From Perkinsela sp. CCAP 1560/9 (lineage: Eukaryota; Protista; Euglenozoa: Kinetoplastea), in assembly GCA_965644495.1 (NCBI GenBank), contig CBFFSA010000042.1, forward strand, positions 12,757-76,756: a stretch of DNA of 64,000 bases, read 5' to 3'. The notes beneath the pieces were generated by a model. That model did no database searches. It was not told the origin of the DNA and saw only the letters and a list, made by a program, of their open reading frames with translations. Below, piece after piece: positions 31,895 to 41,170 of the stretch (the stretch's first letter is position 1; the number at the start of each line of letters is the position of its first letter). The position numbers and the translations under genes were made by a program.

Positions 31895-34800
31895 TTTTTT
31901 TTTTTTTTTTTTTTTTTTGGCATTGCCTCTATATTTTGACCCAGTAGACGAACCAAGTACATAGTAGGTCCATTAGGGGGGTATATGAATTTAAAACAAG
32001 CAATCAAATTAGCAATTCTTTTTATTTCCACAGAAGTATATTTTCTTTTTCTTTTTTCTCAGCCCAAAACTAGCAATTTAATCTCCCCTAAGTATATACG
32101 ACAAACAAGACACAGTAAAAATAAAAACAAGCAATCCAGACCCAATCCATTCGCGCGTTCCGGACCGGGTCTTTCGACCACTCCACGGCCTGACTTGTGA
32201 ACCCTTCCCTTGTTATGTGGGAGGGCGCAGGCGCGGGCCTGTGTCGACAGCGACACGGTCGCGAAACAGGATGCTGGCCGACGGGGAGGAGATTCACTAC
32301 CCGTGTACTACCTCACTTGGGGTACCTAGCCCTCGCGGGCTAGGCGTGAGCATAGTCTCTGTCGACCCGGCCAGCACCCGTCCTGGATATTATGGCGTCT
32401 TCGTGCTGAAACTGGACTGTCAGTAGAGGCTTAAGCCTCTACCAAAGGATCCGCTGGGTCCTCTACGCGGATGCGCGAAACCATCATCCTGGCTTGAGAA
32501 CGCATTAGCGTTACGTTCAGATCTGTTAGGAGATCGTTTCGCGCTTGGTCTCGTGAAAGGAGCCCTTTGGATGCATTCGCCCGTTGGGTTCCGATGTCCC
32601 GGAGTAACGCTAGCGCACTCTCGCTCCAGGAACCAAAGGATTCCACCACCATCGCTGTGAAGAGATGTCCTGCTTTTTCTGCTTCTTGTCGCTGTCGCGC
32701 CTTGGTCTCCGCGAAGTGCTCGGCAAAAGACCCCGGGGTCACCCAGCTAGCATTGTGGACTGAGTCCAAATACTTTGTTTGCTGTGCGTGAGTGACCGCA
32801 AAATCTAGGACCATGCCTTGCGCTAAAGATCCTTTGGCGATGGAGGCAGTTGGCAGAAATACGTCTGCTGGTCTCGTGAGAGCCCCCCCAGGACCCCGAT
32901 TTCCCAAACTCTTCTCTCTCTGTGGCGCCAGGAAGGCTCTGCTGCAGAACGATGTAAATTGTTGGGCCAGAGCGTTGTGCCGTGAGATGATACCATGGCC
33001 GTTCTTGCAGAGCAAAGCGTGCTCTCCATTCTTGAGCAAGGGAAGGGTGCACCCGTCAGCTGGGCAAGGCCGATCTTCGGGGAAGACGTCCATGCCTAGC
33101 CACCAGCGTGTTAGGGTACGAAACTCCGTGTGGGTGAAAGCGTAGCCTCTGGTCTTGGAGGGAGTTGCGAAAGCCCAGTTTCCGGCCCCTTTTCCGGACT
33201 GCGAGATCCATCGCGCCCGCGTTCTTGCGTCTGCCTTTGAATATGCCGTTTGAAATTCCCTATCCGAGATAGCTTGGCTGAGATGTTTTTGCCTCGGGAT
33301 GATCTTTTCCTGATCCGTCGAGACCGGGAGAAGGGCGTGATTGAGGGATTGTGCGAGTTTTCTTTTCGCTGGGCGGGAAAGGATGCTCCGATTTGCATGA
33401 TATTCACCAGGCACACTAGGTTTGGTAATGCGTCCAGTGTATGGATCAACCAGATCAGTCCCAACTTTGTCATTTATGTCATGTGCTGAGCTGGAAAATC
33501 CCTCAGCTTCTGTGGGGTCCCAGTTGTCCAAGCTAGCGGCGTGCGCGACGGAAGAAACGTAGGCTGCTGACTGGTGGAGAATTGATGAGCGAAGTCCGAA
33601 CCCGCCGTGGCGTTTTGGTCGTTGTATTTGGTCGCTAGCGGCGACGCCTAAGGGAGAAATTGCGTGCTCCACGGCCTGGACTAGATGAGAGTCAAGTTTT
33701 TGGCATAATTCTCCAAGGGCTTGGGGAGGAGTGGTGCGCAGTGCGTACACCATCTGACAAAACCCCGAACATTGCCGTATTAGTGCGAGAGCTATTTGGG
33801 GATCTTCTAACACAGCAGTAGCTTCTAATGTTTCGCGGGCTGGTTCAATCGCGTGTGTCATGAGAAACTCCGCACAGTGTTCCGCAGAGCCTATTGGGCT
33901 TCCAAGAATGTCGAAGTTCCCGTCGTACCGTATTTTATCACTGGGGATGTCAGGAAAGAAAACGGAGGTATGAGCTGATGCTGGGGGGGTAATGATCTCG
34001 CACTTGGAGAGATTCAGGAAGAGTCCCCACTTCGGTCCTATCTCGTCGAGGACGTCTAGGGCTTTACGGACTTCTTTGGGCTCACCTACAAGCACACCGT
34101 CATCTAAATACCATAATTGTGTTCGTAGGTTAGAATTTGATGCAATTTCTTCTGTTACCTCTGCTAACACCAAGGAGAAGAGGAGTGGGCCCAGAGGGTC
34201 TCCTTGTTGCACTCCTTCTGCCGAGGGGATAAAATCATTGCCGAATGTGAGACAGCTGTGATTGGCATAACACCATTCTACCCATGGGGATAGTTCAGGG
34301 AAATGCTTTCGTGTGAGGAAGATGAAGACGGGTCGGCTCACGTTATTAAAGGCGTTCCGAAGATCCACCTTACAGAACGTTATGTTCTCATTTTCTTCAT
34401 TATTTCTCATTAGACGGCGACAAAGGTGTATCACTCTTTCCGCCCCAGCAGACGCTGCGACCCCGTATTGACGACGTCCAAAGAAGGATCCTGCTTTTTC
34501 TTTTATCGAAAGGCACACTGCCTTGCTCACCAGGCGTCTAAGGGTTTCCCCCGCAGCGATAGGCCGCACGTCATCTTCCCCTTTTTCGAGTGCGCATAGC
34601 CGTGCCCCTGCAAAAAAAGGTTGCACTTCGTCTGGGGCTTTGCCAGCTAGGAGATGGTTTACGAAGGAAGTGAGCGTCGTAAGAGGATTCATATTCTGGT
34701 CGACGTGCTCTTGAAGCGCTGTTTGGAGGTGTTCAGGCCGGAGCCCCATAGTCCCAGCAGAGGATCCGCGACGGAAGGTATCTACTGCTTTTCTCACCTC

Positions 34801-36313
34801 GGATTCGTCCAGTTTTAAAGCTTCTTCTTCCAGGGGAGGTAGGGGGCACGAGATGGGATTACCATGGGGGCTAGGGTGTTTTTCCTGCAGCTTTAGCAGG
34901 GTTTCCTCGCTGTATGGTGCAAGTGGAGCTGCAGTAAGGGCAGCCATGCCTCGGGAAAATTCTCCTTGGCGAACCAGAATTTCAGCCCGTATTGCAGCCT
35001 TGTCTTCTTCACCCTCAATCTCATTATTCGGCACTTTTGAGCGCTTCCTGTCATGCTCCGAATTTGCTTGGGCCCATAGGGTGGTATATTGGCCTTGTAT
35101 CCAAAGTTCCATTCTCTTTGAGATGTAGGAGGTATAGGACTTGTGAGCTTTGCGGCCTCCTCGGTACGGGGCTGGTAGGACGCATTTCGGAAGCAAGGCA
35201 AGAAGGGTCCAGGCTCTCAGTGAGTTTTCGTTTACCGCGGTGGAGAGGGCTGCGGTAAAAATTCTGGTCCACAGATATCGACATCGGTGTGGGACATCCT
35301 TGCACGTGCTTATTTGAGTCGTGCAAACTTCCTCTAGGGACGGTAGACTATGCGTACCTTGTATATCGTACATGGCTTCCCCGGACTCTGACAGCTGTGA
35401 AGGCTGCTGTGGTTGTGAGGGCGGCTGCGAGGAGGGTGGTGTAGATTGCATTTTACAATGATTCAAATGAGAAGTTTTCTTGCTAATATCGTAATGACGA
35501 CCGCATGCGTCGCAGAGAAATCGTCCTTCCTTTGTCCACCAGTCATTGGGTATGTTATTTCCGTGTCGGTAAGCAACGTGGTTGTAGTACGACTGCCATT
35601 GACCTCCATGGGCACGAGTTTTCCAAATACAGTTTTCTGCGGGGCACTCCCTTTGTGTCGGACGGTTTTGGGAAGATGGAAACGTGAGAACTGCTTCGCT
35701 CGTCGAAGGTGGGATTTCAAGGGAAGTTCCTTGTACTATTTGGCGTGGAGAGTTGTTTTCGGGGTTATGTTCCGTCGCTTCCCCCTTTCGAGGTGTAGCT
35801 GGTTCGCGCGCTTTTCGATGAGACTTTACGATTCCCCGATTCCCTTTGACGCTTGGGGGTGTGGAAGATGGTTGGCATCGAGTAAACTTTTTAGTGATAG
35901 TGTTGCTATCAGATTGCGTTTTTTGGTGTCCATGATGTAATCTGATGACTCGTGAGTGGTTTGTTTCCTCATCGCTACTATCTACCTGTCCCGTATCACG
36001 TGTCTGGTTCTCAGTTGAGATCAAGGCGGCGTTCATGTTCCATTCTTCCGGAATGTTCGCAGGAATAGGGGTCGTGTAGAGCAATTCGTTGTACGTACTC
36101 CGTTGCTTAATGAGATGTGCGTTTCCAGCAAACTGGTCCCAGGATCCTCTATTGTGTACTGCTTCCTCTTGTAAAAATGAATCGTCGTCCATCGGCGGAG
36201 GTGAGGCTTTGAGAAGATCGTTTTCAGACATGAGAAAGAACCGCGTACCTGGAAAAGATGAAATAAAGAAAATAATTCAACAAGGTACAGAAACTGTATC
36301 TTTATCGTTAAAG
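31895..36313 (-). mobile_element. Family C copy 2, full length and intact (SL 36278-36313)
   Basis: A24 tail, intact ORF, SL. Confidence 0.95.
32431..36231 (-). CDS. Family C RT-REL polyprotein, 1266 aa
   Basis: Same domain set as family B (WDQFAGN..STYNELLYTT, zinc fingers, WYLDDG, RHN, RPAD, LDFAV). Confidence 0.95.
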   Translation of the reverse strand: MSENDLLKASPPPMDDDSFLQEEAVHNRGSWDQFAGNAHLIKQRSTYNELLYTTPIPANIPEEWNMNAALISTENQTRDTGQVDSSDEETNHSRVIRLHHGHQKTQSDSNTITKKFTRCQPSSTPPSVKGNRGIVKSHRKAREPATPRKGEATEHNPENNSPRQIVQGTSLEIPPSTSEAVLTFPSSQNRPTQRECPAENCIWKTRAHGGQWQSYYNHVAYRHGNNIPNDWWTKEGRFLCDACGRHYDISKKTSHLNHCKMQSTPPSSQPPSQPQQPSQLSESGEAMYDIQGTHSLPSLEEVCTTQISTCKDVPHRCRYLWTRIFTAALSTAVNENSLRAWTLLALLPKCVLPAPYRGGRKAHKSYTSYISKRMELWIQGQYTTLWAQANSEHDRKRSKVPNNEIEGEEDKAAIRAEILVRQGEFSRGMAALTAAPLAPYSEETLLKLQEKHPSPHGNPISCPLPPLEEEALKLDESEVRKAVDTFRRGSSAGTMGLRPEHLQTALQEHVDQNMNPLTTLTSFVNHLLAGKAPDEVQPFFAGARLCALEKGEDDVRPIAAGETLRRLVSKAVCLSIKEKAGSFFGRRQYGVAASAGAERVIHLCRRLMRNNEENENITFCKVDLRNAFNNVSRPVFIFLTRKHFPELSPWVEWCYANHSCLTFGNDFIPSAEGVQQGDPLGPLLFSLVLAEVTEEIASNSNLRTQLWYLDDGVLVGEPKEVRKALDVLDEIGPKWGLFLNLSKCEIITPPASAHTSVFFPDIPSDKIRYDGNFDILGSPIGSAEHCAEFLMTHAIEPARETLEATAVLEDPQIALALIRQCSGFCQMVYALRTTPPQALGELCQKLDSHLVQAVEHAISPLGVAASDQIQRPKRHGGFGLRSSILHQSAAYVSSVAHAASLDNWDPTEAEGFSSSAHDINDKVGTDLVDPYTGRITKPSVPGEYHANRSILSRPAKRKLAQSLNHALLPVSTDQEKIIPRQKHLSQAISDREFQTAYSKADARTRARWISQSGKGAGNWAFATPSKTRGYAFTHTEFRTLTRWWLGMDVFPEDRPCPADGCTLPLLKNGEHALLCKNGHGIISRHNALAQQFTSFCSRAFLAPQREKSLGNRGPGGALTRPADVFLPTASIAKGSLAQGMVLDFAVTHAQQTKYLDSVHNASWVTPGSFAEHFAETKARQRQEAEKAGHLFTAMVVESFGSWSESALALLRDIGTQRANASKGLLSRDQARNDLLTDLNVTLMRSQARMMVSRIRVEDPADPLVEA

Positions 36314-36700
36314 TTTTTTTTTTTTTTTTTTTTTTTTTTTTGACGAACCAAGTACATAGTAGGTCCATTAGGGGGGTATATGAATTTAAAACAAGCAATC
36401 AAATTAGCAATTCTTTTTATTTCCACAGAAGTATATTTTCTTTTTCTTTTTTCTCAGCCCAAAACTAGCAATTTAATCTCCCCTAAGTATATACGACAAA
36501 CAAGACACAGTAAAAATAAAAACAAGCAATCCAGACCCAATCCATTCGCGCGTTCCGGACCGGGTCTTTCGACCACTCCACGGCCTGACTTGTGAACCCT
36601 TCCCTTGTTATGTGGGAGGGCGCAGGCGCGGGCCTGTGTCGACAGCGACACGGTCGCGAAACAGGATGCTGGCCGACGGGGAGGAGATTCACTACCCGTG
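36314..36700 (-). mobile_element. Family C 3'-UTR fragment with poly(A)
   Basis: Matches about 31947-32305; different poly(A) site; truncated within the RNA motif. Confidence 0.85.
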
Positions 36701-39700
36701 TTTTTTTTTTTTTTTTTTTTTTTGCAATTAATAAGGGGGGAGAAGTATGAATCGCGGCATTGCCTCTATATTTTGACCCAGTAGACGAACCAAGTAGGTC
36801 CATTGGGGGGGGGGGTATACGAATTGAAAACAAACAATCAAATTAGCAATTCTTTTTCTGTCCACAGATGTACCTTTTTTCTCAGCCCAAAACTAGCAAT
36901 TTAGTCTCCCCTAAGTATATACTACAAACAAGAAAAACAGTAAAAATTAAAACAAGCAATCCATGCCCAATCCATTCGCGCGTTCCGGACCGGGTCTTTC
37001 GACCTCTCCACGGCCTGACTTGTGAACCCTTCCCTTGTTATATGGGAGGGCGCAGGCGCGGGCCTGTGTCGACAGCGACACGGTCGCGAAACAGGATGCT
37101 GGCCGACGGGGAGGAGATTCACTGCCCGTGTACTACCTCACTTGGGGTACCTAGCCCTCGCGAGCTAGGCGTGAGTATAGACTCTGTCGACGCGACCAGC
37201 ACCCTAATCGTCTTGTTACCCTAGAGGACCATGCCTGTGGGCCCTACTCCCCTTCCAGGGGAGCTTGGGGGTCACTGACGACTATCCGGGAGACCATCAT
37301 GCGGGCCTGAGAGCGCATGAGTGTGACGTTAAGCTCTTTCAGAAGGTCATTTCGGGCTTGAGCATCCGTGAGAAGACCTTTTGACGAGTTGGCGCGCAGT
37401 GCTCCCACCTTCCATAAGACCGCCATTGCGCTTTTACTCCACGAGCCAAAAGACTCGACAACCATGGCCGTGAACCCTAGTTGTGCTTCTTCTGCTTCTT
37501 GACGTTGTTTTTCCTTCGTTTCTGAGTAATGCTCGGCGAAAGACCCTGCAGCCACCCAGCTAGCATTCCGGACAGAGTCCAAATACTTTGTTTGCTGTGC
37601 GTGGGTGACTGCGAAGTCTAGTACCATGCCTTTCCCTAGAGTGTACGTGGGGAGGAAAACGTCAGCCGGTCTGGTGAGACCCCCTCCTGGCCCCCGATTT
37701 CCTAGACTTTTTTCTCGCTGGGGAGCCATGTTGGCCTTGCTGCAAAAGGAGGCGAATTCTACACAAAGCGCATTGTGCCGCGTGATGAGGCCATGTCCGT
37801 TCTTGCACAATAATGCATGCTCCCCATTTTTCTGTAGGGGTAGGGAACACCCGTTTGCTGTGCAGGGGCGGTCTTGGCCATAAATGTCCATGCCAAACCA
37901 CCAGCGCGATAACGTGCGGAACTCGGTTGGTGTGAAAGCAAAACCTTTACTCCTTGAGGGCGTGACGAAGGCCCAGCTCCCAGCTCCCTTTCCTGACTGT
38001 GAAACCCATCGTGCTCGGGTGCGGGGGTCGGCCTGGCCGTAGGCTGTAGTGAATTCCTGCTGCGATATGGCTTGGCTCAGTTGCTGCTGCCGGGGTATAA
38101 CCATTTCCGGCTCGGCCGTCTTATCCGCGTCCATGTTGTTGAGTATGTGTCGTGGGCGTTTGCTTCTCGAGGTGAGGTTGTGTCTTTGGCTGGACTCTGG
38201 ATGTGGTTTATTCTGTTTCGGGATGCGTCCTGTACCGGGATCCACAAGTTCTACCCCCGCCTTTCTATTCACGTCCTGCACGGAAATGGTGAATCCCTCG
38301 GCTTCTGAAGGGTCCCAATCGTCTGCATCGGCGGCGTGCGCAACGGAGGAGACATATGCTGCTGTTGCGTGGAGGAGAGAAGACCTGAGACCAAAACCCC
38401 CGTTGCGCTTCTTACGTTGGATTTGGTCACGCGCGTGGGAATCCAGAGGGAAAAGTGCCCATTCCGCGGCTTTTAGAACATTTTCATCAAGGGAATTACA
38501 AAGCTCAGAAAGCGCCTGAGGGGGTGTCGTGCGAAGTGCGTAGACCATTTGACAGAATCCAGTGCACTGCCGGATGAGGGACATGGCTACTTGTGGGTCT
38601 CCTATGAAACCTATTGCGTCTAATGTTTCGCGTGCGGGCTCAATGGCTTCTGACCTGAGAAACTCCACGCAATGCTCCGCTGACCCAATCGGGGAGCCCA
38701 AGATGTCGAAATTTCCATCAGTACGAGTTTTAGTCTTCGGTATCTCTGGAAATAATCCTGTGAGATGGGATGAAGCAGGCGGTGTTATTATCTCACATTT
38801 CGATGGGTTTAGGAAAAGTCCGCATCGGGAGCCAACATTGGAAAAAACATCGAGCGCCTTCCTGACCTCCTCAGCCTCCCCTATGAGTACCCCGTCATCT
38901 AGGTACCAAAGTTGAGTGTCTAGATTCGACCGAGACGATATTTCTTCTGTTACACTGGATAGTACTAGAGAGAAGAGAAGAGGGCCTAGTGGGTCTCCTT
39001 GTTGTACCCCCTCTGCCGAGGGTATGACATTGTCTCTGTAGGTAAGACAGCTCACGTTGGAGTAACACCACTCTACCCAAGGTGAGAGTTCGGGGAAATT
39101 TAAGCGCGTGGTTAGGGTGAGAACAGGCCTGCTGACGTTATTGAAAGCGTTTCTTAAGTCCACTTTGCAGAAGACAAAATTGTCACTCCCCAGGTTATTG
39201 AGCATGGCTCTCCGGCAGAGGTGGATAACTCGTTCGGCTCCCGCGGGGGCTGCTACACCATATTGTCGCCCGTTGAACAGAGTACCCGCTTTCTCCTTTA
39301 TCGAGATACATGCCGCCTTGCTTACGAGGCGTCTAAGGGTTTCACCCGCTGCGATTGGTCGAACATCGTCCTCGCCTTTTTCCAGGGCGCAGAGCCGGGC
39401 TCCAGCGTAGAATGATTGGACGTCTTGTGGCGCTTTTCCTTGAAGCATGTGGTTCACTAGTCGCGTGAGGGCCGAGAGAGGATTCACATCCTTGTCCACA
39501 TGTTCCAAGATGGCTGCCTGGAGGTGCTCTGGACGAAGGCCCATCGTGCCGGCTGAAGATCCCCTGCGGAAGCTGACGATCGCTTTTTTGACCTCTGTTT
39601 CCTCTAGGTGTAGGGGGTTGCCCTCGATCGGTGGTAGATCATTCTGCAAGGGATTTTCGTGTGGGTCTGGATGCTTCTCCAAGAGCTTTTCGAGGGTATC

Positions 39701-40907
39701 TGCATTGTCTGGCGCCATGGGGGCTGCGGTTAGGGCTGCCATTCCCCTGGAAAATTCCCCCTGGCGGGCCAAGAGTTCGGCTCGAATTGCCGCTCTGTCT
39801 GCATCGATTTCGGAGTCGCGTGATCTGGAGCGCTTTTTATAATGATCCCTCTGGGCATCTTCCCATAGCAAGAGGTACTCCCCCGCTAGCCACAGTTTCA
39901 TGCGGTTTTCGACGTACGTAGAGTATGATGTGTGGCCTTTGCGACCGCCTCGGAAAGGTGCTGGTAGGACACACTTAGGGAGCATTGCGAGAAGTGTCCA
40001 TGCCTCTACCGTGTTTTCCTTCACTGCGGATGTCAAGGATTGCGTGAGGATGCTCGCCCAGAGGAATCTGCAACAGTGTGGAACGTCTTTGCAGGTACTC
40101 ATGGGAAGTGCGCAGATGGAGCCGAGTGATGGCAAATTGTCTGTTGGATTTTCTTCTGCGTTTTGGGGACGTGCCGTTGGTGGGGCTAATGACCGTCCGG
40201 AATTGTTGCGGCCCCTGCAGTTTTTGGGGTGAGACTTGAGCTTGTTCTTGGCGTAGTGTCTGCCACAATCTCTGCAGAGGAATCTTCCCTCTCCCTCCCA
40301 CCACTCGTTTGGAATGTTTTTGCCGTGTCGATGAGCTACATGGTGATAAAATGCCTGCCATTTTCCGCTATGTGGTGGGGTTTTCCACGTACATCCTTCT
40401 GCTGGGCATTGACGTTCTACATCCTTCTGCTGCGTATTGGCGTTGTGGTATGTGGTAGGGGCAGAATCAGTATTCTTGCGCTTTGTAGCCTTAGTTGGAG
40501 AGAAAATGTGGGCGGATGAGGCCTCCGAAGTAATTCCCACGTTGTTTGCCACGACAAGGGAGTGATTTGTCTCTTCGTCCGCGGTCATTCTGCCTGTGTC
40601 CGGTGTAGGTTCCTCTGCCGCGATCTTGTAGGCTCTTTCGGTCCAGTGTTTAGGTACGTTTTCGGGGATAGGTGTCGTATACAAAAGTTCATTGTAGGTG
40701 CTTTGGCCGGAAATCAGGTGAGCGTTTCCTGCGAATTGGTCCCAATCTCCGGGTTTGTGTGACATTTGTTCCTGGCGAAAAGAGTCATCATCCATTGGTA
40801 ACGCGTTGGCATCAAAGGAATCATCGGGCGGCATGGTGCGACCCTAGTAAGCAATAAAGAGAAAGAAAAATTAATTCAACAAGGTACAGAAACTGTATCT
40901 TTATCGT

Positions 40908-40911
<4 letters not shown>
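36701..40911 (-). mobile_element. Family B copy 3, full length (SL 40877-40909)
   Basis: A23 tail, intact ORF, SL with a variant 5' end. Confidence 0.95.
37244..40834 (-). CDS. Family B RT-REL polyprotein, 1196 aa
   Basis: Same protein as B2. Confidence 0.95.
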   Translation of the reverse strand: MPPDDSFDANALPMDDDSFRQEQMSHKPGDWDQFAGNAHLISGQSTYNELLYTTPIPENVPKHWTERAYKIAAEEPTPDTGRMTADEETNHSLVVANNVGITSEASSAHIFSPTKATKRKNTDSAPTTYHNANTQQKDVERQCPAEGCTWKTPPHSGKWQAFYHHVAHRHGKNIPNEWWEGEGRFLCRDCGRHYAKNKLKSHPKNCRGRNNSGRSLAPPTARPQNAEENPTDNLPSLGSICALPMSTCKDVPHCCRFLWASILTQSLTSAVKENTVEAWTLLAMLPKCVLPAPFRGGRKGHTSYSTYVENRMKLWLAGEYLLLWEDAQRDHYKKRSRSRDSEIDADRAAIRAELLARQGEFSRGMAALTAAPMAPDNADTLEKLLEKHPDPHENPLQNDLPPIEGNPLHLEETEVKKAIVSFRRGSSAGTMGLRPEHLQAAILEHVDKDVNPLSALTRLVNHMLQGKAPQDVQSFYAGARLCALEKGEDDVRPIAAGETLRRLVSKAACISIKEKAGTLFNGRQYGVAAPAGAERVIHLCRRAMLNNLGSDNFVFCKVDLRNAFNNVSRPVLTLTTRLNFPELSPWVEWCYSNVSCLTYRDNVIPSAEGVQQGDPLGPLLFSLVLSSVTEEISSRSNLDTQLWYLDDGVLIGEAEEVRKALDVFSNVGSRCGLFLNPSKCEIITPPASSHLTGLFPEIPKTKTRTDGNFDILGSPIGSAEHCVEFLRSEAIEPARETLDAIGFIGDPQVAMSLIRQCTGFCQMVYALRTTPPQALSELCNSLDENVLKAAEWALFPLDSHARDQIQRKKRNGGFGLRSSLLHATAAYVSSVAHAADADDWDPSEAEGFTISVQDVNRKAGVELVDPGTGRIPKQNKPHPESSQRHNLTSRSKRPRHILNNMDADKTAEPEMVIPRQQQLSQAISQQEFTTAYGQADPRTRARWVSQSGKGAGSWAFVTPSRSKGFAFTPTEFRTLSRWWFGMDIYGQDRPCTANGCSLPLQKNGEHALLCKNGHGLITRHNALCVEFASFCSKANMAPQREKSLGNRGPGGGLTRPADVFLPTYTLGKGMVLDFAVTHAQQTKYLDSVRNASWVAAGSFAEHYSETKEKQRQEAEEAQLGFTAMVVESFGSWSKSAMAVLWKVGALRANSSKGLLTDAQARNDLLKELNVTLMRSQARMMVSRIVVSDPQAPLEGE

Positions 40912-40938
<27 letters not shown>

Positions 40939-41144
40939 GCAATTAATAAGGGGGGAGATGTATGAAACGCGGCATTGCCTCTATATTACCCATTATGCGA
41001 ACCAAGTAGGTCCATTGGGGGGGATATGAATGTATGTAAATTTCTTAGTTTTTCCTCCTTCCACAAGCAATCAGCCCACCCCAAACTAGCAAACAATTTC
41101 CCCCCACGAAGCCGCCTCCCTGAAGAGAAATGCAGTGAAAAGTC
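40912..41144 (-). mobile_element. Unit H: about 206-nt non-coding polyadenylated unit (also 46022-46235, 52908-53138, 60170-60401)
   Basis: Four copies with the same ends (GCAATTAATAAG...GTGAAAAGTC on the + strand) but different neighbours and tail lengths. Confidence 0.8.
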
Positions 41145-41170
41145 TTTTTTTTTTTTTTTTTGCAGCCGTC

